Positions 52,711-61,905 of a stretch of 64,000 nucleotides of DNA are shown here, piece by piece (position 1 is the first letter of the stretch; each line of letters opens with the position of its first letter). The DNA is from Candidatus Bathyarchaeota archaeon (GTDB lineage Archaea > Thermoproteota > Bathyarchaeia > Bathyarchaeales > Bathycorpusculaceae). The position numbers and the translations under genes are program-made. The stretch is from positions 192,001 through 256,000 of the forward strand of contig CAVTBV010000012.1 of assembly GCA_963733095.1 (NCBI GenBank). The letters run 5' to 3'. The notes below the pieces were generated by a model that was given only the letters and a program-made list of their open reading frames with translations, did no database searches and was not told the DNA's origin.

Positions 52711-52794
52711 CAAGACCTCAATTTTTTTTGTGCAATATTTGGTCATCACAATTAGCAAAACTATTTGTATTTTTGCTGTTCATACATCAATAAC

Positions 52795-53715
52795 ATGGTT
52801 GAATTAAGAAACGATATCTTCATTAATTTAAAGGATAACACAAGGCAAACAACTATTGAAAAATATTATGTTGATGAAGCATTCGAAGCAATGGGACACT
52901 TATTTGACAACAAGGACAAATTCGTTGATTACCTGAACTCCATCAAGAACCCTGCTGATGCAGAGCTATTTGTCAGGATGAGTTCGTTTTACTTAATCGC
53001 TAAGAAATATGAAAAGTCTATTCCCGCTAAACTGATTATGATTATTTCTATTATTGAGAGAATATCTAACAAAAACAGAGATTTCATTACAATGGATAAT
53101 TGGATAATTAATCAAGATAATAAAATTAGAGAGTATCTTTCTAAGTACGAAGAAGTTAGCATGGAGCAGTTCAAAGAAGTTTTTGAATTGCTCAGGGAAG
53201 ATTACTTTAAAATTTTTGGTTCTCAAAGAAATTTTTTCGCCTTTTTTAAGACGGTTTCTTTAGATGACAAGATTAAAATCATAAAATCTTTTAAGACTCA
53301 AAGAGTAAAAATTGTTGAAGGCGTTTTTGCTAAGTATTTTGAGGAACGGCTTAAACCATTTACAACGATAGATGAATTTGAAATTGCAGAAAAAAGAAAA
53401 CTTAAGCATGCACAAATGCCAGAATGTTACCACTGGAAATCATGTTATCTTGGCTATGGTCAGTGTTCTGATAAAATTAGTTGTTGGTTACATGATAATC
53501 CTGATGAGGTGGACTCGTATCTTAAGAAAACTATCAGATTAATTTATCAGATGAGAAGTAATTTTGTCCATAATGCTAAGTTATTCCTCTTGAATGAAAA
53601 AGACTCAATTTTTCTCGCCGATAGTATTGATGGTGATACCGTTTTTATAGAACTTACCGTAGAAGATTTTCAGGATATTTTCGAGAGAACATTTAAAAAG
53701 TATTTCCATACCTAA
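52795..53715 (+). CDS. HEPN-like (RxxxxH) protein, putative RNase toxin or defence cargo
   Basis: IISIIE N-terminal helix and YQMRSNFVHNA. Confidence 0.65.
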   Translation: MVELRNDIFINLKDNTRQTTIEKYYVDEAFEAMGHLFDNKDKFVDYLNSIKNPADAELFVRMSSFYLIAKKYEKSIPAKLIMIISIIERISNKNRDFITMDNWIINQDNKIREYLSKYEEVSMEQFKEVFELLREDYFKIFGSQRNFFAFFKTVSLDDKIKIIKSFKTQRVKIVEGVFAKYFEERLKPFTTIDEFEIAEKRKLKHAQMPECYHWKSCYLGYGQCSDKISCWLHDNPDEVDSYLKKTIRLIYQMRSNFVHNAKLFLLNEKDSIFLADSIDGDTVFIELTVEDFQDIFERTFKKYFHT

Positions 53716-53740
53716 TGCCAACCGCAACAAATCCCATCTT

Positions 53741-53929
53741 TCTGTCTGTTTGTTGTCCGAGCGAGCTAACGAGCTAACTAAAGCGAGCTAACGAACGAAT
53801 GAGCTAACTAACGAGCGAGTGTGTGTTAGTTAGTGATAAAGGTCGTAATGGTAAGGTAGTCAGTCGTAGCGTGGTCGTCGCAGTCGTAGTTTGAGAAGTA
53901 GAGAGAGAGAAAGATTAAAATTTAATCCC
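53741..53929 (-). repeat. Right terminal inverted repeat
   Basis: Reverse complement GGGATTAAATTTTAATCTTTCTCTCTCTCT...CTACGACTGACTA...CTTTATCACTAACTAACACACACTC...tetramer tract; same block order as the left arm. Confidence 0.9.
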
Positions 53930-53974
53930 ATCAAATCTATCGTAATTTTTGCGACCATCTTTTCAGCTATTACG

Positions 53975-54700
53975 TCACCTATCGCCTAACTCGAAAGCGT
54001 CAAATCCATTAGAGTTCCCCCAATCAACTCTATTAGCTCCGTGAAAAGTGCGTCGAGCATTTCCAACATTATTCCTTGCTTTCTCAGCTTCTACCTCTAT
54101 CAGCATCCTCTCTTTAAGAGCATCAGTCCTAATTCGTTCCCTTTCTCTGAGTTTTGCAAGTTCATCATTTTTCACCAACCTTGCAGGTTTTTCACTTACT
54201 TTTACTGGTTCATTTTGGGCTTGAGTTTTCCCTTTGAAAAAGCGTTGCGTCTCACAATTAGCGTAAATTGTAGGTTGAGCTTGGAAACAAGTCTCGCATG
54301 CTTTAGGATTATAAAGTCCTTTACTTCGTGGACAGAGGGGAATCTTGGTTTTTTGAGGAAGTTTCCATAAATGAATTTTACATTTATTACACTCTTCCTT
54401 AGCTACCAACAAACGATGCCGCCCATAAGATTCATAAACGCAATACAACTTTTTGTTTGAACCACAAAGGAGAAATTCGCAATCTGATTGAGAGTTTTCC
54501 TGTTTTTCATCATCTTGAGGAATCCCTCGATAGCGGTTGAAAATAACGTGTAAGCCCTCTTTTCGACTCATAAGAGAGTTTTCCTTAATAACTTGGTCAA
54601 GAAGTTCAAAATCGCTCGGATAAATGTCTGAGTTGAGTTTTACCGCTTTTTCGTTACCCATTTTTTTCACCTCAAAAAAAAGAAATGGGTTATTAGGCAA
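53975..54700 (-). CDS. Hypothetical Cys-rich protein with possible N-terminal RHH-like segment
   Basis: CNKC, CETC and other Cys residues; start may be the ATG of MGNEK after GAGGTG. Confidence 0.65.
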   Translation of the reverse strand: MPNNPFLFFEVKKMGNEKAVKLNSDIYPSDFELLDQVIKENSLMSRKEGLHVIFNRYRGIPQDDEKQENSQSDCEFLLCGSNKKLYCVYESYGRHRLLVAKEECNKCKIHLWKLPQKTKIPLCPRSKGLYNPKACETCFQAQPTIYANCETQRFFKGKTQAQNEPVKVSEKPARLVKNDELAKLRERERIRTDALKERMLIEVEAEKARNNVGNARRTFHGANRVDWGNSNGFDAFELGDR

Positions 54701-56234
54701 CCTCAGCCATTACGGCTTCTTCTTGCGCGATTACTTTAAGGTCTACAGCTGTTTTGCTTTGGCTTATTAGCTCGTTGTATCGCTTCGCGTATAGAGGGTT
54801 CACAAATCGATGTATCCAATCCTTCCATGGTTCAAAAGTTTTTTCGCCTAAGATTACTGAGCGAAGTTTGTCACCTAAAGTTCCATGGTAGAAGTCGCGA
54901 ATTGTTGTGGGGTCTGTTCCGCATTGCTCTGCACAGTCGTCTAAGCTCAAGCCATGAAGCCCTGCAAGGCTTACGAAAGTGTGTTTCATTGTTGTGTGTG
55001 TTGTTGTCATTTTTCCCTCGGTTAGCCATTGTTTCTTATAACCCTGTGTCCCTTTCAGGTTGTTGCTTACGGCTTTTAATCGATAGACATGCCCATTAGC
55101 TGAGACTTTTTCTCCTTTTGCAAGTTCCTGTCCCTTCTGCGCCGTCTTAAAGCGCCAGATTCCCGCTCGATAACCCGCGGCTTTGATACTACTGCTATAG
55201 CTCTCATAGTTGTGACTGTCTGATTCCCATCGTTTGAACCAAGCGCCCTTGATGTCAAAGTCGTCTACGTATCTTTTGAAAAATGCCATAGTTTCAGCAA
55301 CGAAGTATCGTTTCACTTTGCCGCCTATCTTGGATTCCTCGACTTTTGGCTCAAACATCGCTATTGCGTTTAAATCCCAAAAGGGTTGGCAAAGATAGCC
55401 GTTTGGCGTTTTTTTACCCATATACAGTTGACTGCTAATTCTACCGCCGCCTTCAAAACCGAGCCTATGAAGAACTAGTGTGTCTACCTCGTTGATGTTT
55501 TCAACAAAGAGTTTGAGTTCGTTTTCTTGGAGGTAGTCGTCTTTTTTTCCGCCAATGTTTTTCTTTCCTGATGTATCCCACTCATCGCCCTCAAGGAACT
55601 GGAAATGTCTTTTTGATAGTGGTGAGTCTTCTATTTGCAATGCCACAAATTGCATTATGCATCTTAGTTTTGATAACGGGTCGAATTTGATTTTTCCCTG
55701 CTCGTTGTAGAAGTGCGCGTCTTTTTTGGCTTCCTGAAAATCTTCTAAGGAAAATAGTGCGGGGTCTTTTTGATTGAATTTTGCATAAAGGTATTTTCCC
55801 ATTGCCTCGACCATTTTGCCTTGGTCTGACCATTCGCCTGTTATGCGGTTTTGGTAGTGTTTCGCCAAGTATCGGTGACATAGTGTTTTGTTGTATTCGG
55901 AGACTTTGGCGTTTGCAAGGGTTTTGGAGTTTGTTGGAGAGCCGTTTGGAAAATCCTCATAGATTAGGTACAGGAAGCTTCTTTTTGAGATGTTAAGGTA
56001 GTCTGCGTATTGCATACCGTTCTTTATGGTTACTTCAATGTCATGATGGAGTGGGCTTTGGTGGAATTCACCGCGAATTATTCCTTTAAAGGGTTTTAGT
56101 TTCCATGGGTTTGTTTTTGGGTTTGCTGGTTCTGGTTTATCTTTGATTAAGTGCTGAAACAATCGGTTGATATCGGCGTCTGTTGTTATTTCGCCTCGCC
56201 TTTGTTTTGGCGAAGCGAGTATTCTATTGCTCAA
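54693..56234 (-). CDS. Divergent tyrosine recombinase/integrase
   Basis: YLQENEL...LGFEGGGRISS (R), FEPK (K), THTTMKHTFVS, QCGTDPTTIRDFY (Y). Confidence 0.7.
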   Translation of the reverse strand: MSNRILASPKQRRGEITTDADINRLFQHLIKDKPEPANPKTNPWKLKPFKGIIRGEFHQSPLHHDIEVTIKNGMQYADYLNISKRSFLYLIYEDFPNGSPTNSKTLANAKVSEYNKTLCHRYLAKHYQNRITGEWSDQGKMVEAMGKYLYAKFNQKDPALFSLEDFQEAKKDAHFYNEQGKIKFDPLSKLRCIMQFVALQIEDSPLSKRHFQFLEGDEWDTSGKKNIGGKKDDYLQENELKLFVENINEVDTLVLHRLGFEGGGRISSQLYMGKKTPNGYLCQPFWDLNAIAMFEPKVEESKIGGKVKRYFVAETMAFFKRYVDDFDIKGAWFKRWESDSHNYESYSSSIKAAGYRAGIWRFKTAQKGQELAKGEKVSANGHVYRLKAVSNNLKGTQGYKKQWLTEGKMTTTHTTMKHTFVSLAGLHGLSLDDCAEQCGTDPTTIRDFYHGTLGDKLRSVILGEKTFEPWKDWIHRFVNPLYAKRYNELISQSKTAVDLKVIAQEEAVMAEVA

Positions 56235-56277
56235 AGTTATTACTTTCTGAGGAATTGGATAGTGAAATAAGCCTCTA

Positions 56278-56952
56278 CTAAAACAGGCTTACGGCACTTT
56301 TGCTATCCAATTCAGCCGCATTCGAGCTGTCCTCGGTTTTGGCTGACTCCGAATTTGTTGAGGTTGGGGTAGGGAAGACAGCGGGTCTTTGTTCCCTCAA
56401 CTTGGCGAGTGCATCTGCACCAATTTTTGAAGCTAAGTAAGCTATTTGAAGAGGTGTTTGAACTGCCCGCATCTCATTGGCAATGGTGTATTCATTATAG
56501 CCTTTAGCGGTACGTGCTTTCTCAAGAATCCTATCAACTTCTTGGATTGCTTTTGATGGCTCAGTCAATTCTAATGCTTCGAATGTTCTGCGTCTATCCG
56601 CGTCGTCTTTCAGTTTTTGCCACATGTAGGTTACTTGGTAGGCGCTGTATCCACCAGCTTTATTGCCGAGCATGGTTTTCACAGTTGTCAAGTCTCTTTC
56701 AAAAAGGTAATTGCTCGTCGCTTGTATCATCCTATCAATGTCTGACGTGTTTCTGTATTTTGTAAGCAGGTCGGCTATTGATTCATCTATTAAAGAGGTC
56801 ATAGTGACCGTCCTCTCGTTTGAAAGTTCTGAGAGGCTGTCAAGATTTAGTTTTAGAAGGTTAACGCTAGTTTTTTCACGTTTGCCTTCAATGCTTTTAA
56901 TGTCGGATATTATATTAGCCATATTTTGCCCGACCAAGCGGTATGATAACAA
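56278..56952 (-). CDS. RHH-domain regulator-like protein
   Basis: KREKTSVNLLKLNLDSLSELS...MTSLIDESIADLLTKY. Confidence 0.6.
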   Translation of the reverse strand: MLSYRLVGQNMANIISDIKSIEGKREKTSVNLLKLNLDSLSELSNERTVTMTSLIDESIADLLTKYRNTSDIDRMIQATSNYLFERDLTTVKTMLGNKAGGYSAYQVTYMWQKLKDDADRRRTFEALELTEPSKAIQEVDRILEKARTAKGYNEYTIANEMRAVQTPLQIAYLASKIGADALAKLREQRPAVFPTPTSTNSESAKTEDSSNAAELDSKSAVSLF

Positions 56953-56980
56953 AAAATACCTTATAAGTTTTGTGTTTTAC

Positions 56981-57090
56981 TCAGAAATTAGCATTTTTAT
57001 TGTAATAATTACAAAATTATTGTAATTTCTGAAATTTTTATCATTTCCCCTCACCACTAAAAATTAAAAAAGGGGTCATATTATTGTAAT
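56981..57090. promoter_or_regulatory. TTATTGTAAT repeats and an inverted repeat upstream of the integrase operon
   Basis: TTATTGTAAT at 56997, 57017 and 57081; TCAGAAATTA...TAATTTCTGA inverted pair. Confidence 0.55.
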
Positions 57091-57402
57091 TTTTTCAAAG
57101 GCGTAGCAAACGGTTTATCACTAGTCCACTTTTTTTTGATTTGTAATCGAGAAATAAATTTAGTGCAAAAAGTAACCTCGTTTGAGTTAGTTACTGACAA
57201 GACAATTAATTACTTGCCATTTTTCACAATTATTCACAGGCACTCCTATGGAAAAAACCAGAACGAGTTGAAAACGGGTAAAAAATAAATCCCAATTCAC
57301 CGCCTTAACTGTGTTTGCCCTGAGAAATAAGCCGTTTACAGTAAAAGCACTAAAATTAACTTTCTTGCTGGTTTTCGCATGGTGACACTGAGACCGTGCA
57401 AT

Positions 57403-57511
57403 TAACACCATAAATCCATACTGAATAACACCATCAATAACACCATAAAATAGCAGTTAATCGGTTGTTGCACACTTCACCATACTTATTGCACACTTCT
57501 ATTGCACACTT
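57403..57511. repeat. Two sets of short direct repeats (iteron-like)
   Basis: TAACACCAT x3 (57403, 57426, 57438); TTGCACACTT x3 (57468, 57489, 57502). Confidence 0.75.
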
Positions 57512-58187
57512 TCCCATGCTTTCACGGCTTTATTGCAAGTTCCAGAGTTTTCGTCGTTAGCAATTTTCCCCTTGCTTGCCTCTATGCTCTTGGTTGCAAT
57601 GGCAACAAGACGATTCAAGCGCATATCAACTTAGTTTTAAACCGAGCAAGAGTAACCACAATAAATCCTAGATTTTTGGCTCGAGCCACTGCATGCTTTT
57701 GAACGTGTCTGCCTATCTTCATCTCGACACTATACTGCCATTGTTGGTCCTTCACCAAACACTAAGCCTGGGACAGTGGTACTTGCAAGAATGGTCCGTG
57801 TCTGCCCTCGGTGTTTCCTTATGGTTCCAGCTGGTGACTACGGTAATTTGGAGTCGGTGGAGAAGTTGTTGTTGTTGCTGCTGCTGCAACTGCATTCTGC
57901 ACATGGGTTGCAACAACTACTCTTTCAAAGTTAAACTCCCTAAGCAGATTGACGAGCAGATTGACTCAGAAGTCTTTCAGATGGCGTGTTAATGTTGCTG
58001 TTTATTGTTTTGAATTGTTGAAGATTTGGCAACTTTATCCTTAGGTAGAACAAGGTGGTCATGAAAAAATTTGAACAAAAAAGAAGATTTTGGCTCAATT
58101 GATATTTATAGTCTGCAAACCATACTTGTGGCTGAGTTTTCCAGACGGGGAAAAGCATGACAGATCAGACAGCGGTGGAGACAGACA

Positions 58188-60131
58188 ATGATTAAGTTAC
58201 CCAGCCAAGTCGCCGAATACTTTCCCTACGATAGTGTAAGACCTCACCAAGACGAATTCATCAGTACAGTCTACAACGCCGTAGCCAACCGACGCTCCGT
58301 TCTAATTGAAGGTAGCAACGGCTTAGGAAAAACAATCAGCGCACTCGCCGCCGTCTTGCCAGTGGCTATCGAGAAAAAACTCAAAATCCTCTATGTCGCC
58401 CGCACTCACCGCCAGCACGACCGCGTGATAGAAGAATTGCGAGCAGTCTTCCGAAAGCACCAGATTTCAGGACTCTCCATTCGCGGGCGAAACGAAATGT
58501 GCCTAAACGTCTTCGCTGCAAGAGGTGCTTTCGACTCTAAGTCACTTATGGAAGTCTGCGAACTTCTCAAAGCCAAAAGCAGATGCCCCTACTACTCAAA
58601 CGTTGAAGAACGCACCTACGATTACATGCAGCTTCAACAGCAAGTCGCAAGCCGCCCCTACATGGGCTCCGAAATCCAGCGAATCTGCAAGAAAAAAGAA
58701 GTCTGCCCCTACGAACTCGTAAAAGCAGGACTCTCAGACGTCCAAGTTATAGCGTTAAGCTACCTCTACGTCTTCGACCCCGTAATCCGCACAGCTTTCC
58801 TCAAGAACCTGGAAACGGAACTGCAAAAAATCATCCTCATCGTAGACGAAGCCCACAACTTACCAGAAACAGCCATCAGCATCTCAGGAAGCACACTCTC
58901 ACTGTTCGTCATGAGGGCGGCGGAAACGGAAGCCAACCGCTTCGGCAACAAAAACATTGAAGAATTCGCCCATTTCTTCCGAACAGAAGTGGAAAAAATA
59001 ACTGATAAAATAAGCCGCGAAGAAATAATCCCGGCAAAAAACATAATCGACATCATCCAAAAACAGGGAAACATTCCGCACCCCAGAGAATTCTTCGAAC
59101 ATATGCACGAAGCGGGCTCGGGCATCAAGAAAACTTTGCTGGCTGAGGGAAAGAACCCAAGATCGTATATTCATGCAATGAGTGAGTTTCTGCTAAAGTG
59201 GAATGACACTTTAGAGGATGATTCCTTCATCAACGTTGCAAGCCGATACTTCAACAAAGAAAACAACAAGACAGCAAAGCTGGAAATTGTGGCGCTTGAC
59301 CCCTCAAAAGTGACACAGCCAGTTTTCTCATCAACCTACGCCAACGTGATTATGTCTGGAACGCTTCAACCGCTTGAAGCATTTGCGCGCATAACACACT
59401 TGCCTGAAAGCACAGTAAAGTTTGTTGCACCCTCGCCGTTTCCAAAAGAACATGTGTTCTCAGCGGTTTGCCTCGGAGTAACAACGTCGATGGATAAAAG
59501 AACCCCGCAAATGTACCAAACTATGGTTGAACGTATAAACGAAGTTGTAAACAGCACCCCAACCAACATAGGCGTCTTTGCAGCATCATTCCAAGTCCTA
59601 AACTCCCTGCTAGAGGAAGGCTTAGAAAACGCGCTCCTAAAACCCCTCTTCCACGAACGCAAAGGCATGACCTCGAAAGCTAACGAGAAAATGGTCCAAG
59701 ATTTCAAAGCCTGCGGCGAAAAAGGCGGCGCAGTTTTCCTCGGTGTTCAGGGCGGCAGGACATCAGAGGGAGTGGATTTTCCAGGTAACCAGATGAACTC
59801 GGTGGTAGTTGTTGGTGTACCTTATGCCGAGCCAACACCCAGAATTAAAGCTCAAATCGAATACTACGACAAACGTTTTCCAGGATACGGACGCGAATAC
59901 GGCTACGTTTTGCCCGCCATGAAAAAAGCCCAACAAGCCGCAGGCAGACCTATAAGAACGCTCGATGACCGAGGCGCCATAATATTCTTAGATTTCCGAT
60001 TCGCAACAAACTACTGCAAAAACTTCCTTCCCAATTGGGTAACCAACGGAATGAAGGTGTTACCAGACAAAAAAGATGTCTTAGCAGTGGAAGTTAGCAA
60101 TTTTTTTAGAGCTCAAGCCTCAACTTCTTGA
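58188..60131 (+). CDS. xpd: XPD/Rad3-family FeS DNA helicase
   Basis: RPHQ, GLGKT, FeS cysteines, DEAHNL, MSGTL, SEGVDF, QAAGRPIR. Confidence 0.93.
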   Translation: MIKLPSQVAEYFPYDSVRPHQDEFISTVYNAVANRRSVLIEGSNGLGKTISALAAVLPVAIEKKLKILYVARTHRQHDRVIEELRAVFRKHQISGLSIRGRNEMCLNVFAARGAFDSKSLMEVCELLKAKSRCPYYSNVEERTYDYMQLQQQVASRPYMGSEIQRICKKKEVCPYELVKAGLSDVQVIALSYLYVFDPVIRTAFLKNLETELQKIILIVDEAHNLPETAISISGSTLSLFVMRAAETEANRFGNKNIEEFAHFFRTEVEKITDKISREEIIPAKNIIDIIQKQGNIPHPREFFEHMHEAGSGIKKTLLAEGKNPRSYIHAMSEFLLKWNDTLEDDSFINVASRYFNKENNKTAKLEIVALDPSKVTQPVFSSTYANVIMSGTLQPLEAFARITHLPESTVKFVAPSPFPKEHVFSAVCLGVTTSMDKRTPQMYQTMVERINEVVNSTPTNIGVFAASFQVLNSLLEEGLENALLKPLFHERKGMTSKANEKMVQDFKACGEKGGAVFLGVQGGRTSEGVDFPGNQMNSVVVVGVPYAEPTPRIKAQIEYYDKRFPGYGREYGYVLPAMKKAQQAAGRPIRTLDDRGAIIFLDFRFATNYCKNFLPNWVTNGMKVLPDKKDVLAVEVSNFFRAQASTS

Positions 60132-61198
60132 AGTTTCTGGTTCACAACGACTTTTCCGATGACTATCTTTTTTGGTATAGCTGAAATTGAAGTTTGCACT
60201 TTGAGGGTTTTTCGAACCTGATTAATCTCACGCAGTACACCGATGCCTAAAAACCTGGTTCCTTTACCGTAGATGCCGAGGAGGATGCCTTTTTCTGGTT
60301 CTTGATTTTTTGGTAGGGCGCTTCTGGGCTCGATTGTGACTTGACTCTTAGGGACGCATAGCAGCTTTGCATTTTTGAGGTATCTTAGATAAGTCATTTC
60401 TCGGAGAACCTTTCGTTTTTCGGGCGGTCTCTGTTTGAGAGCGAAAGATGGTTCAACCACCATTACGGGGGTTTCTAATGCTGCAATCAAAGGTGCAAGT
60501 TCATCTTGCGTTTGAATTCCTACAATAACGTCAGGTTTTAGCGCCTTGACCAAGTCAGATTTGTATTTAGCCGCAACCTCACCACTAACTAAGCCATCGG
60601 TATTAATCAAGACAAAATCGACTTGGCTACGCAGGATTTCTGCTTCCATAGCAGCTAAGCCCTCAATCGTTTTAGACATAGCTGTCACGGGCGAGGTAAC
60701 TCCAACAAAAAAAGCATTCTTCAGCTTCAAATTGTACAGTTGCGGTATGCGCTTAGAGGCAATTCCATAGCCAACAGTGGAAGATGGACCGATATCAGAT
60801 TGACCCACGTCACCATCTAAAACCGCAACTCTGCATTTTCCATCAACCAACTTATTAAACAAGTAAGTGCACAAGCTGCTTTTGCCGCAGTCAGCAGCTC
60901 CCAAAATTAAGGCAACCACAGGACGTTTTTGCACAGCCGAAATGGCTTCGACAGGTTTATCCCAAGAAGACGGATTTGTGTTACCCGTAGTTTCAGCTAA
61001 ACCTGAATTGGCGCCCAAGGAAACCTCAAATGTGGATTGTTCATTGATAAAAAAAGGCAGGCGCTTTCCTTCTCGAACGAGAACCCTCTGAGATTCTTTC
61101 AGGGGGTAGCCGAAAACTTCTGCCTTTCCTGAAACTAGCCTCACCGACGCTGGACCATCAACTAGCATGGTTTTATTGGCTTCTATTGTGTGCTGCAA
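60113..61198 (-). CDS. Clp1/Grc3 polynucleotide 5'-kinase
   Basis: GAADCGKS, DGDVGQSDIGP, INTDG, R..LRE. Confidence 0.9.
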   Translation of the reverse strand: MQHTIEANKTMLVDGPASVRLVSGKAEVFGYPLKESQRVLVREGKRLPFFINEQSTFEVSLGANSGLAETTGNTNPSSWDKPVEAISAVQKRPVVALILGAADCGKSSLCTYLFNKLVDGKCRVAVLDGDVGQSDIGPSSTVGYGIASKRIPQLYNLKLKNAFFVGVTSPVTAMSKTIEGLAAMEAEILRSQVDFVLINTDGLVSGEVAAKYKSDLVKALKPDVIVGIQTQDELAPLIAALETPVMVVEPSFALKQRPPEKRKVLREMTYLRYLKNAKLLCVPKSQVTIEPRSALPKNQEPEKGILLGIYGKGTRFLGIGVLREINQVRKTLKVQTSISAIPKKIVIGKVVVNQKLQEVEA

Positions 61199-61829
61199 TT
61201 AGTTTTCTCCTTGGGGCAATTTTTCCAGTTCTTCCAGCTATGCGTGTGGCTGAGGAAATATGCCTGACTCCTCTGCTACGCTTGTTTTCTTTTAAAGGTT
61301 TGTTAGTTCCCGCCTCGCTCACAACTTCCAACACCACTTGAAGTGGCAAGCCATCATCCAGGTCTTCGAGCAGCTCCTTGTAAACTGGTACACCATTTCC
61401 AATCTTTAGGAAGACGCGGGTTACTGCAAGGTCAACGTTTTTGAGGACCTTAAGTATGCTGTCAATTACTTCTTTATTGCTAAAGCAGTTCCCTTCCTCA
61501 ATAACTTTTCCATCAGCCAACCCAACCAACCCTACTGCAACTCCAGGGTCTACGCCGAACACTATTTGTTTGTAGGCGTTCTTGCCCAAAAGTAGCACCT
61601 TAACCTGTTCAACTAAACCGTCAAGCGCATCTTCGCCTTTGAAAACCAAGATTCTCTTGTGAACCATCAAGTCTTTTTCTTGTTCAGTCGTTATGACCAA
61701 CATTATTTTGGCAGGTACTGATTCTCCAGGAACTAAACTGATGAAAGGAATGTTTTGTTCTTGTAATTTGTTGACTATGAGGAAGTAGGCTTTGCCTTGC
61801 ACTGTGGCGACAGCAACTTTTTCTTTCAT
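61173..61829 (-). CDS. Hypothetical protein with RNase H-like (YqgF-like) domain
   Basis: IVFGVDPGVAVG, KIGNG, VSEAGT, HISSATRIA. Confidence 0.7.
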   Translation of the reverse strand: MKEKVAVATVQGKAYFLIVNKLQEQNIPFISLVPGESVPAKIMLVITTEQEKDLMVHKRILVFKGEDALDGLVEQVKVLLLGKNAYKQIVFGVDPGVAVGLVGLADGKVIEEGNCFSNKEVIDSILKVLKNVDLAVTRVFLKIGNGVPVYKELLEDLDDGLPLQVVLEVVSEAGTNKPLKENKRSRGVRHISSATRIAGRTGKIAPRRKLIAAHNRSQ

Positions 61830-61905
61830 AAAGCAACCTTAAAGTATACGTTTAAGTGCAAAACACATTACTAGATTCAAGTTAATAATCCTTGACGTGT
61901 AGAGC

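Larger units (their letters stand above)
48141..53929. mobile_element. Casposon-like element: solo Cas1, long TIRs, no PolB
   Basis: Inverted termini (29/30 terminal match plus an exact 25-nt internal block) enclose Cas1 and 7 other ORFs; no TSD found. Confidence 0.8.

Noticed and set aside
48141-53929. CRISPR array associated with cas1
   Set aside because: No regularly spaced 25-40 bp repeats with unique spacers. The repeats present are microsatellite blocks in inverted orientation.
48110-53950. CTATCGT near both flanks as a TSD
   Set aside because: Only 7 bp and at unequal distances from the two termini.
57693-57992. Poly-Cys ORF (99 aa)
   Set aside because: Arises from a GTT/GCT trinucleotide tract. 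No RBS or protein-like composition, and the reverse frame checked is closed.
38760-58187. att sites or a tRNA target delimiting the whole island
   Set aside because: No convincing direct repeat or tRNA fragment found by eye, so island limits remain approximate.
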